Shown here in pieces: positions 13,704 to 25,125 of a stretch of 64,000 nt of DNA. The DNA is taken from the NCBI GenBank assembly GCA_010356995.1, contig ML996696.1, forward strand, positions 746,364-810,363. Direction: 5' to 3'. How positions within the stretch are numbered: position 1 is the first letter of the stretch; each line of letters starts with the position of its first letter. This DNA is from Trichodelitschia bisporula (lineage: Eukaryota). Made by a program: the position numbers and the translations under genes. The notes under the pieces were generated by a model. It made no database searches and was not told the DNA's origin. It saw only the letters and a list, made by a program, of their open reading frames with translations.

Positions 13704-14814
13704 GGAAGTTCATTGAGAGTACCATGCTGTGACGGGATTAAACTCAAAATTGCCATGGACGGCGTATGGGTGGTGGCGATTGAGACAGCTTCAAACACAA
13801 GGTGGCTTTGAGTAGTTTGTTCTTGCATATATCTTGTTCCTCATGCTCTGGCTTTATTCCTCACCCCGAGACGCAAATGTCTTTGCTATTTTGCATTGTT
13901 GTGCGTCGTCTAGCATCATTTCCGGAAAGTATAGAGGTCTGGACTGGGCAGACGGGAGGGGTTGGGTGGAAGAGAAAGCCTGATGCTCATATACCATAGG
14001 CGAGGCTGAACTTCGGGCTCAGCAGCTAGCCTTGTACTCCCGTAGGTGGGGAGAGATCGGCATGCCCTGGGACTTCACTCTCGCTCATGCGCAACAGTAA
14101 CGAGTATTGTGGGTCTCAAGATATGCTGAAATGGCCACTAAAAGAAATAGAAACCGCTCAGAAACTCTTCTTTGCAATAAGACGTGAAGATGGAGAGGAA
14201 TTTAAAGGCCAATGCTCACGGAGGATCAGACGGCCTAAGTGCGGGGTTTTAGGCATTAGAAATGCGAGAACGTTGAGCATAAGGCGCCCCCGACCTGGAG
14301 TTACACAAACGCCGGAATCCGTACGGCGGTGACGCTAACCGCGGCCTTTTTTGTTCGATTCACCCCGGACTCGAGATGAAAGGCTTCCGGCTTTGATATA
14401 CTACGGTATGCATCGTTTCTTGGGTTGTTTCTTCAACTAAAGTCCCCTCACAAAGAGCCATCCGTCGCTTAGCCGGTGCCTGAGGAGAATTATATTATTG
14501 CCCCTCGTGACAGCGCGCTGGTGACGAAGGCGGAGGACCCAATCACCCGCCACTACGACTTGGGCCTTCATGATCTGGTGAACACGTCGGTTTCCTTGAC
14601 TCACTCCACCAACTCTCCTTCCTCACCCTTTCGTCCACCCAACGTATTTTGCCATGAGCATTGCCTACCTCTGTCAACTCCCATTTCCCCACTATCTTTC
14701 TGTTCTTAGCATCTTCACCACCTCCGAAACGGCGCCCGTCTAGACCCTCCCCATTTTCCCCTCCACCGACGTTTGAGTACATCCACCGTGCCTTCACTCT
14801 TTTCGCCACACCCA

Positions 14815-17800
14815 ATGGCGGCCGCTGGCAATGGCCATGCGCCGGGCAACGGCCTTGCACATCCAGCGCCAGATCAGAACATCGACGTGCACACAATCCT
14901 CCAAGCCGTCGAGGCTATCTACGACCCGCACTCCACAAACGACACCCGTATCGAGGCGAGCAAGTTCATAGAGAACATCAAGTCTTCCGTTGCTGCTCGT
15001 GACTTCGGACTTTCTCTAGCTTTGGATGGATCCAAGAATCCAACCCTTCGACACTACGGCCTTTCCGTACTCGAGTGGCACATCAAGGTTGTGTGGGATG
15101 GCAACAACGAACAGCTGGAACAGACACTCAAGGGCTTCATCGTCCAGCTAGCACACAATGTCACGGAACAAGACCCCGGATACTTGAGAAACAAGGTCGG
15201 ACACATCTGGGCGGTGTTTGCGAAGCGGTCATTAGGGGCCGGTTGGAAGGTGTCAGAGATGGATGGTCTCCTGGCCGAAATGTTCAAACAGTCGAGCGCT
15301 CACCGGGATGTCGCCCTTTGCGTACTTCAGACCCTCGCCGAGGACGTCTTTCGTCCGGACGACCCTCTTTCCATTCTGCGCGCCGAAAAGCTGGGGGTGT
15401 CTCTCATTATGATGTTCATGCCAACGGCTCTCCTGGACAAGCTGCTGCACGGGCTCGAAGATGGCTACATGTCTGAAGGCTGGATCCCTCGTTTATGTAC
15501 ATCACTTGAGTGGCTGGTGTCAAACGATCGTTCTGCGACCTTAAAGTCGCTTAGTACACTCGCTGCTGCGTTGTCCTGGGCGCCTTCATCCCCTCTTTCA
15601 CAGACGGAGTGGGCATCACCTATCTGCAAAAGCTTGACGGTTCAAGATGACAGCCTTCGTCTGGCGGGAGTTGAAGCTCTGCTTGCAGTATGTTCTCGCG
15701 AGCGGTATACCGAAGCTGAGTTCCTCGCGATCATCGTTCCTTTGATTGGGCCGAACAACAAGGAATTGCTGCGACTTGTGTACGCAGACGCCCTGGTAGA
15801 TGCCAGTAGCATAGATGACGTCAAGTATGATCTACTGAAGAAGACATGCAAGGTAAGCTCGCAGTTCTGAGCCATTGACCCGCGCTGATGTTCACAGTTG
15901 ATTGCACGCCTAACCAGCTGGGCTGAGAAGTCCATGGCAGTCCTACCTTCGCAAGATGATGCACATGCCTTTCTCCTCTTCACTTTGGATGTTGTCCAGA
16001 CCCCGTGCCTTTCGGCTTCAGAGCCCGTTCTTCGTTCGTGGAACAGCCTGTTGCGCTCACGCAAGACGATGGACATGTTGCAGCCCATCATCGTTCAGGT
16101 CATCAACGTGCTCATGGGTCTCTGCAACGAGCGCCTGAAACGTTACGATCACCTTCCTGATGACTCCGAAGATCCAATCGCCCTTTTCCTTGCTGAAGAT
16201 TTTGACTCGCTGTCGGAGAAGCAGTCATTCCTGAACACCTATCGGCGTTATTGCACCGAAATAGTGGAGTCTTTGGTGCGGCGCTTCCCTGTGGACGCCA
16301 TTACGCACATCCTCTCCAAAGCTGGCACCATTCTCCAAGAAGTGCACGATGGGCTGAAACAGATCCCTAACATCGTGGCCACCTTTGACAAAAACTCCAC
16401 TTACATCCTGAACACAGATGCACAAGTCATGATGGTAACTGCTGCCACGAATGGCTACAAGTCCTGGGTTATGGATGACTCCCGCGAAGAATTGACTCCC
16501 CATATCGAAGAAGAGGTCCAGGCTCAGTTCGGTAGATTCTGTGAAACCCTCCTATCCATGGACTTCCCCGATCCTGCCGTACAAAAGCGAGTATTTTGGG
16601 GCCTGGCGCATCTTATGACGCGCGTCCTGAGCGATGAGCCCATCGACCGGATGCTACGCCTTCTCCGTCGGCTGCTGGAGACCAACTTTCCGGAGGACTC
16701 TTCCAACCCAGAGTACGCTGAAGCCGTCAAGTTGCTCCATTGGACGTGCATACATGAAAGCCACAAGCTTGCCCATAATTACGCAACCGTCCTATGGCCC
16801 ATGTATGATCAGCTTGAGCAGACCGTTCATAGCTTGTCAGAGTCTCGTGCAGAGCACCGGAGGCTCAGCATGTTCGCGTTCCTGTTCATCATAGTCCATC
16901 GTACTCATGCGCTTGAACTCGAGCCAAAGCTTACCAAACTCCGGAGCATGATTACCCCATCTACCCTTGAGTGGCAGCGTCCCGAAGTCGATGCCTACTT
17001 CTCTGATATCGGTCACTTCTGCGAGACTGTGGGCTTTGCCCCACTCCCACAGTTTCTGTTCACACATGACTTCCATAAGGTGGAGAATTGGGGCAGCAAA
17101 GCGCTGGATGTTGAAGGCCAGACTTTGAGGGCAGGGATCGTTGAGCGTCTCGATGTAAGTGCATTCTTTGCTCGTTTCCTGCCTGTACTAATGTCTCTAG
17201 ATTATGCCTCATCGGGTCACTCGGATCCTCCTCATGGCTACCTTTGACAAGCTGTCGCCGACCGCGCGTGCGCATCCCGTTGCTGTCACTCTCTGGCGGG
17301 ATACCGTACCCATCATCCTCCCTAACCTTCTGCAGTCCATTCGGTATGATCACTTTGTTACTCTTGAGGACTTTGCTAATATTCTCAGCTGGGCTCACTC
17401 ACTGAGCGATCCCAAAAACTGGCCTCAGATGCATCCCCAGATGCAATCTATGGTTGGGAAGATGCTTGTTGACCGCTTTTGGCAAGCAGGCATATCCAAC
17501 GAGAGCGTCGAGGCTTTCTACGCGCGCGTCAATACCTCCAAAGACACCTACGAAGGTCTTGCTTCTGCCGTCCGCGGCACGCTGAGACAGGTACGCGAGA
17601 AGGCATACAACATCCTGACCTACCTCGTGAAGCTGGGCGATGCCTTCTACGGCGTCAATGGCATAGCGGAGGCAGTCGCACAGTATGTCATCGAGACGTC
17701 AAAGGCCCTCTCCGTCCACCAGACATCCACACTGCTGCATTGCTTACAGGACATCATCATGAATTGCCCCCCTGAAAACCGCCCCGCCTTTCTCCCCCCA

Positions 17801-18628
17801 GTCCTACGCGCCCTTTTCCAGCTCCTGAACGAGAAGCTGTGCGCCGAATGGGAGGCCATCGCGCAGCGCACCGGCGTCGCAGTCGCAGAGGACCATCTGG
17901 GCGAAGAGATGAAAGCTGAGAGCGTCCTCCGCATCCTGACCCACAACTCCGTAATGCTGGTAGACAAGCTCCTCCAGGAAACCCGTACGCATCTCTTATC
18001 CCTCCCGCCATACTCACAATTTGCTTACCCCCCAGCCACCGACCCGCACCCCGAGCTCTCGATCCGTCGCATCATGTTCGCCGACGAACCCACGCTCTCC
18101 GACCTCCTAATGCTCCTCCGCTCCGCGCTCCGCATGCGCGACACCCGCTCCTGCAGTACTGCGATCCACTCCCTCTCCACCCTCCTCCCTGACTTCAACA
18201 AACCGTCCCCCGTGCACGACTTCCTCTACACCGAGGTCCTGAAGACGGCAATCACATCCTTCAACGAGCCGTACTTCGTGGACGCGCAGCGCAATCTCGC
18301 GACCCTCATTGCGCAAATCTGTCTCGACCACGACACGGCCTTCGCAGTCCTGACCCAGCTCCCGGGACTGGGTGATGATGTTCCGCGTGTGGAGCGCGCG
18401 CTCAAGCGTGTCCGCGACGCGAAGAGTGCAGGCCAGGGCGCGGCCGTGGTTATGGACCTACTGCACAGTCTGCGCGGCGTGAGTATCCACGAGCTAGGCA
18501 AGATCGAGCGGACGAAGCCGCGCCCGCGCGTTCGGGATGCGCCGATGGATGTCACGGAGACGGGGATACGTCGTGGGGGCGAGGACCAGCTTGATGGTGT
18601 TGCCACGATGTTTGGCAAGATGGTGTAG
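14815..18628 (+). CDS. MSN5: Exportin-5 / karyopherin Msn5-like nuclear export receptor
   Basis: Importin-beta N-terminus (AVEAIYDPHS...RHYGLSVLE), DRFWQAGISNES, EEMKAESVLRILT and LRMRDTRSC motifs. About four introns (~15853-15897, ~17155-17200, 17344-17388, 17985-18035). Confidence 0.82.
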
Positions 18629-19125
18629 GTGTTCGGTTGAGGCAGTGTGCTGAGGCTGTGGTGTGCAAGCGCATTTTTATACGAGAGAACTGATGTGTGG
18701 GGCAGTGTGACGGCCGAATGAGGCGTGGATGTGTGGATGTGTGGATGTGTATATATACGCGGGGTAGGCGGCGTGGGCAACGGCGTTCGAAGGCTTTGTG
18801 GCTGGGTAATAGACGGGGGCAGGTTGTGGGCTTTACGAGTGCGCGTTGGGGATGGGATGCGCGGCCTTATCTTGCTGGGTGGTTTTCTGTGCAGTGGATG
18901 GCGCGCGCTTCATATATGGTAGTTACCGGATATGTGGGTAGCTCGGGTGTAATCGAGTCTATCGCTTGCCATGCTTATTGCTCGTGCTTGAAGTTCGTTC
19001 GTCTCTTTCTCCAATTCGTATACGGATAATCTCATCAGCGCCGTCCATGCCCATATACACACGACATGAACGAAGCCATCAAGAAATGCACCATCAAACC
19101 CCCTCCCGTACTCAGGGTATCAAAT

Positions 19126-21474
19126 CTAAATTCTCCCCTCCCTGACCCCCCACCGTCCCACCTCCTTCATTGCCTCCTCCCCCCCATGTTCCAACCTCTC
19201 ATCCCCAAGCACTCCAGCAACACACTTCCACCCATCCCTCCCCCCACCCCACCTAAGCACCTCATTCCTATACCCCTCCCCCGCCCGCCGATCCACCGCC
19301 CCCTCCCCGCCCTGGAACACAACCTTCCACACGCGATTCGCAATCGCCCGATCAAACAAATAGCTGTAATACACCGCGCCATAGCCATACATATGCCCGA
19401 AAAAGCCCTGCCACGCCGTGCCCGCAGGCTCATGCACGCTCGCAAACGTATCAAAAACGTCGTGATACACAGCCGTGCTATCCACGCTCCCCTCTCCAGC
19501 CGGAACGCCATGATACCGCTGATCCAGCATAGCGAGTAAAATCTGCGCCTCCGTCTCCGCGCCTTGAGTCCTCTTCTCCAGCTCCAACCGCTCCTGCACC
19601 AGCTCATACGGCAGCGCCTTGCCTGTCTCCCAGTGCCTAGCCCAGAGCCCCAGCACCTTGGGCGCGAACGCAAAATGCTCCATCAGGACGGAGGGTAGTT
19701 CGGCGAAGTCCGTCGCGCACCGCGTGCCACTGACGTTTTGCAGCTCGGTGCGGCCAAGCATGCTATGCGCGGCATGGCCCATTTCGTGGAACAGCGTCTG
19801 CACGTCGCGGAACGAGAGCAGGGTGGGGCGCGTGGAGCCCTTCGCGGGACGGGGGAAGTCACAGATGAGCGCTATGGTGGGGAGTTGGTAGAACGTGCCC
19901 GAGACCGGGTCGCGCGCGGCCGCCATGCCGTCCGTAGCCGCTTCGAGCGGGGAGGCGAAGGCGTGCGGCGCGTGGGCGTACTCTGCGACTTCAGCGTCGG
20001 AGATGGCGCGGGAGCAGCGCAGGGTGAAGTGTGCCGGGTTCGGCGATTTACCGGGGCGCGAGAAGAGGTCGCAGTAGACGACGGCGATGTGGTTTCCGCT
20101 GTCGTCGATGACGTCGAGGCGGCGGACGTCGTCGGTCCAGGCTTCGCCCGGAAGGGTCTCACGGGGGACGAGGCGGATGCCGTAGAGGTGGGTGAAGAGG
20201 CGGGAGAGGCCTTGGAGGACGGAGCCGAGGGAGAAGAAGGCTGCGAGGGTGTCGGGGCGGATGCGGGTTTGGAGGCCGCTGAGGAGGCGCGAGGTGTAGT
20301 AGTCCCGGTCCCAGGCGTTGATGCGGTGGGGGAAGTTGTCGCTTCGGGCGTCTGACTCTTTTAAATCGAGTAAGTCTTGGAGCTCCTCTTGGACTTGCGG
20401 ACGGGTATCTGCGAGGAGAGCTTCTAGGAACTGGTTCACTGCTTCTGGAGTCTGTGCCATCTTGTCGGACAGCGCCATGTGGCCGTATGTCGGGTAGCCA
20501 GCCACTTTGGCCAGTCTGGAGCGCGCATTCAACAGCTTTTCCAGCCGCTTGACGCTTGCCTTGGAGGCCGTCCGGTTCGCCACATAGATTTCCCGTCTAA
20601 CGTCCGGATCTTCGATCTGACGCAGCGCAATGACAGCGGTAGAACCAGTCGTAGGTACAGTGGAAGTACCAAACCTCGTCAAGCGCTTGACGACAGTCGG
20701 ATCCATGCCCCTCAGCCGGCTGCTGCTAAAGTTGATATACGGCTTTTCCGGAGCCATATTTGCTTCAAACTGGCTCCCAACCTTGGCAATTTCGTTTGAA
20801 ATTTCAACGAAATCGTTCCTCGCCCCGTCGGGAAGGTCAATGGCTGACTTGGAAAAGTCTCGTATGAGGATGTTAGCCACAGTCTTCTCCTCTTCGCTCC
20901 ATGATTCCAACACCTCCGGTATGGCCGCCGCACGCTTCAGTTGATCATTAAGCCCGGTCGTAGTGTTCAGTTTGTTCATGTACTCGAACATGGTGGCATA
21001 CGCCGCCGTCGCCGCCGCTTGGAACCGGCGGTCCGGATGCGACATGCGCACGAAGTCAGCCAAATCAATGACTCGACACAGCCAGTCGCTCAGCCGGTCC
21101 ATATCCCTTACAATCCCCTTATACCCTTCCACCGTTTCCACAGCCAGTATCTTCTCGACAAGCTTCTGACATTTCAATAGCGTAGCCTGCGCATACGTCT
21201 GGAATCCCTCCGGCTGCATGAGGTAGCGATTGCCGAGCAAGCCCGCCGACTTATGCCCAACCTGATGCCGTGATTTCTGCAGAAACTCATCCCAGAAGTG
21301 CTGCGAGTCGAATATGCGCCGCAATGTCTGGTCGTCATGGTCGTTGTCGGCGGTTGTAAAGGTCGCGGGGGCGGGGGAGGGGCGTGCTGCGGCGGCGCTG
21401 GTGGCATTTGCTCGGCGCTGGGCGTAGAGACACTGGACGCAGGTCCAGCGCGGCCTCTTGAAGCGGCGTATCAT
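19126..21474 (-). CDS. OCT1: Mitochondrial intermediate peptidase (M3 metallopeptidase)
   Basis: 782-aa intronless ORF with an Arg-rich presequence, DRLSDWLCRVIDLADFVR, HEXXH motif LFHEMGHAAH and TRCATDFAELPS. Confidence 0.95.
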   Translation of the reverse strand: MIRRFKRPRWTCVQCLYAQRRANATSAAAARPSPAPATFTTADNDHDDQTLRRIFDSQHFWDEFLQKSRHQVGHKSAGLLGNRYLMQPEGFQTYAQATLLKCQKLVEKILAVETVEGYKGIVRDMDRLSDWLCRVIDLADFVRMSHPDRRFQAAATAAYATMFEYMNKLNTTTGLNDQLKRAAAIPEVLESWSEEEKTVANILIRDFSKSAIDLPDGARNDFVEISNEIAKVGSQFEANMAPEKPYINFSSSRLRGMDPTVVKRLTRFGTSTVPTTGSTAVIALRQIEDPDVRREIYVANRTASKASVKRLEKLLNARSRLAKVAGYPTYGHMALSDKMAQTPEAVNQFLEALLADTRPQVQEELQDLLDLKESDARSDNFPHRINAWDRDYYTSRLLSGLQTRIRPDTLAAFFSLGSVLQGLSRLFTHLYGIRLVPRETLPGEAWTDDVRRLDVIDDSGNHIAVVYCDLFSRPGKSPNPAHFTLRCSRAISDAEVAEYAHAPHAFASPLEAATDGMAAARDPVSGTFYQLPTIALICDFPRPAKGSTRPTLLSFRDVQTLFHEMGHAAHSMLGRTELQNVSGTRCATDFAELPSVLMEHFAFAPKVLGLWARHWETGKALPYELVQERLELEKRTQGAETEAQILLAMLDQRYHGVPAGEGSVDSTAVYHDVFDTFASVHEPAGTAWQGFFGHMYGYGAVYYSYLFDRAIANRVWKVVFQGGEGAVDRRAGEGYRNEVLRWGGGRDGWKCVAGVLGDERLEHGGEEAMKEVGRWGVREGRI

Positions 21475-21992
21475 GGCGTTGCCGGAGGTGGGGGGTCTTG
21501 GAGATTTGAAGTGTATAAGTAGGGCGGGATCGCTGCGTCGTCATTCCCTTATCACAGGCTGAAAGATTCTGGCTGTGCCGGCTGCCTTGGCAGAGCGGAA
21601 GCTGTCCGCCGGGTAATTCCGCCCCTGTGCATCCAGGCCAGCCTCGTTCAGTGCAGTTTCAGTTCGGCTGCAATCTGAATGTGGGCCTTCCAGATCTATT
21701 CATAGAAGTTTTGTACATGTTTGCATGCCTTTATACTCATTGAATATGCCCTACAACCAGTTCCCGTTTCAATCTACCTTACTCCACTCAGAAATGTCCC
21801 TTACAACATCCTCACTGTACTCTCCCCATCAAGTCACTCATCCGCTACGGAGCTCTTAATCCTCAACACGAAATCGCGGTATCCCTCCGCTAGCATCAAA
21901 GACCCCATTACCAACCAGAACACACTGCGTGGATGGCACTGTCCAGTGCTCCATACATTCAACACATTACTTTTATTTTAGTAACTCACAGC

Positions 21993-22110
21993 ACATACGG
22001 TCATAGGTCGGCGAAAACACCAGTCCCCGTCTGCTCACTGAAGTTAAGCTCCGAACCGGTTGACTAGTAGTTGCGTGGGTGACCAGCAGCGAATCCCAAC
22101 TGCTGTATGT
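21993..22110 (+). rRNA. Dispersed 5S rRNA gene (divergent variant)
   Basis: 118 nt, ACATACGG...CTGTATGT closing helix I; internal GTTAAGC and TAGTAGTT...GGGTGACC...GCGAATCC motifs; followed by an oligo-T Pol III terminator; AT-rich tract about 25 nt upstream. Confidence 0.92.
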
Positions 22111-22398
22111 TTTTGCCTTTTTGCATCGTGAAGGGGTGTTGGTGGGTGTCTGAAAGAACTGACCACGGACAACCTGAAAAGATCGTAGCCGTCGCCCCTT
22201 CTATGGTCCATGGGTACCACGTAGCGTAGACCATTGGGGAAGGCGTGGGTTTTTGGGCAGTCATTCGATGTCTACCCCGGTCAGTGAGCAGGCACCTCTG
22301 GTCGAGATAACTGATACCTCGACGCTTGAAATCGAGTTCGTGGAAGCTGGAGGCATGAAATCATAAATTCTCAACGTCCCAGTACTAGCGTAGCTTCA

Positions 22399-24160
22399 TC
22401 AAACAGTGTACACAAACCACGGACTCTTATCGCCCATTTCGTCTAACTCCTCTCTGGTCAGCCCCGCATACTTCTCCTCAACCCCCCTCTCCCTCCGTCG
22501 GTGATTCGCCGCCGAAAACCACGCGCTCATGCCCCCGTACACAATCATCGCGAACGCAACCAGCGCCAGTGTAACCGAGTGACCGCGGACGTACCGCGGG
22601 CCTTCGGAGGAGGGGTACAACTACGCCATGCATTAGCCCCGCCTTAGCCAGCAAGAAATATAAAAAATCAGAGGTGAAGGGGTACTCACAAACGGCGCCA
22701 TGATCCCAGCCGCATTCCCAAACGTCAACTGCAGCCCCCCAGCCGTTGTCCGCTTCCCGTACCGCGGATTATTCGCCGGCAGCCATGCGAGCGGTATGCC
22801 CACCACGACGTACAGGCCCAGCGCAACGAGGAAACACCCCGCGTAGTGCGCACCAGAAGGTACATCCGAGATCAGAATTGCATACCCGACCAGACTTGCC
22901 ACGCCGACCAGCACACACGGCAGCCCGCGGCGCTGCGTCCGGTCGCTCCACCACGCTACGGCGAGGTACGTCAGCGCGCCAGTCGCATAACACGGGATAG
23001 TGAGGACCTGGACGAGCGCGGAGGACCAGTGCGGGGCTATGCCATGGATGATAGTCGGGAGGAAAGTGCTATACCCATACAGCATAGTATCAGCCCCGAA
23101 CTGCGCCACACAGAAAGCATAGATCTTCCAGTCCGTCAGGCCGGCGCGGACGTCAGCCCAGTGGAAAGCTTGCGCGGAGGGGGTTTGCCCTGGGTCGCGG
23201 GCGCGTTTGGCAGCGAGGAGGGCCTTTTCCGCAGGGGTGAGATAGGAGGCGGATTCGGGAGTGTCGGCGAAGATGAACCATGTTGCTATGCCGAGCACGA
23301 TGCAGGGCAGCCCTTCGATAATCATGATCCAGCGCCAGCCGCTTTGCTCGGCTACGCCGTCCATGTGCCCGATTGCGTAGGCGAGGAGACCGCCGCAGGC
23401 ACCGGCGATGGCGGCGCTGACGAAGAGGTAGGAGACGCGGAGGGCGATTTCGGATCTTCGGGGGTTAGGCTGGGGAGGGGGAGCGGGGGGGGGGACGTAC
23501 TTGGTGTAGAACATGGTTAGGTAGATGGCTAGTCCGGGGAAGAGACCGGCTTCTAGGGCGCCGAGGATGAGGCGGCACACGATGAGCCCGGCGTAGCTTT
23601 GCACGAGACCTGTCAGGGTTGCTACGATGCCCCAGCCGGTACAGAGGAAGGCGATCCCTTTGTTGGTTAGATTTGCGTTGTATGGAGTAATTCAACATAC
23701 ATCGAGATGGTGTAAACTTCTTGATGACCAGATTGGAAGGAAGCTGACATGTCAGTATCTACCGAATTATTTGATGGGACTACTAATCATACCTCACAGA
23801 GGACGTAGGTGACGAAAAGGAGAGACACCGCTGTCTGATACTGGTTTCCCTTGAGACCGAGATCCTTTTCTAGACCGTACAACCTTCCAAGTTTAGCAGT
23901 TGATTGATATCATGAGGTATATGACATACCGTGCATTTCCAATGTTGACCCTGGATTCCGTCAGTTTGCTTCAGTGACAACGAAATCATGAGAACGAACC
24001 TATCTAGAAAGCTGAATAGGTACAACAGCATAGTAAGCGGAATTATGCGGATGTCAAGTTTGCGGATGAGTTTCGCCTCGAGGTGGTGATCCACCTCGCT
24101 CGCTTCGCTGGATGCCTCATTCTCCCCCAGAACCCGCTTCTCCTCGGCAGCCTCCATCAT
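22399..24160 (-). CDS. MFS transporter, allantoate/nicotinic acid (DAL5/TNA1) family, multi-intron
   Basis: LIRKLDIRIIP...LFSFLDR, EAGLFPG, GWRWIMIIEGL, WWSDRTQRRG and EMGDKSPWFVYTV motifs spread over several exons. Confidence 0.9.
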
Positions 24161-25125
24161 TAATGGAAGCGAAAGGACAGAACAATTGTCGAAGATAGCA
24201 GTGTAGTGTCAAAGATTAGGGAGTTAGTCGGCATAAGAGAAATCGGCACGGGTCTAGGTCGCCGGATTGATTTGCCGCTAGCTTCACACTACTGCAAAAT
24301 CCGCATCACCGACAGGAACTTTATACAGCAGTGTAACTCCTAAGAGTACAGTGAATGTGCCATTTGTGTGTGGTACACCTTGCAGTGTGCGATTATGCAT
24401 GACGTAGCAGGCATCGGTGCAGCGAGCCGTGAGATGATCTTCAACCTAATCGGGCCATTCGCTGCACAAGTCCGATAACCTATCGGTACGACATATACGG
24501 GACACAGACAGGAAGAATTAGTGTTAGAACGCCGTACGAGCGAATATTCGAAAGAACTTGAGCGGGTCAGCTTTTACTGCATTTGTCAACGGTCACATTA
24601 ACCGAGTGCAACATCGGAAAGTACGGGAGAGGTGCTCTATGGCTACGTCTCCCCTAGCGCAAGGCCGGACATCTTATCAGTGATCATGTGGAGAGCTTAC
24701 AATGAACAAAACCAAAGGACTTGATCTCTTTACATATGAACGATGACTCTGTACTCATTAGAAGCAAACAGTTTGTCTGCGATGCCGCAATTAGCGTCCA
24801 AAACCTGTGTTTCCCCATAAGTGTGGTTCTATCCGCCCAGCACACTGCAGCTGGCAATTAACAGTCCGCATGGCATGACCATAGAATGACCAATGAAGAT
24901 CTCACGGGCTCAGCGTTGAGGGAACTAGTAAGCTGACGTTGAAGAGTCGCATATCGCGGGGTTGAACAGGCGGAGAAGAACCTCGCCCACCTTCAAGCTG
25001 ATGCTCCTAGCCTTGGCATCCCAGGATTGGAGGACGCCAAGAGCAGATCCAAGAGCTTCAACATCCGCTTCCCCACCACCAAACACCAAAGCTCGCCCAA
25101 TGTCCACTTGGACGGCTGCCCCCTT

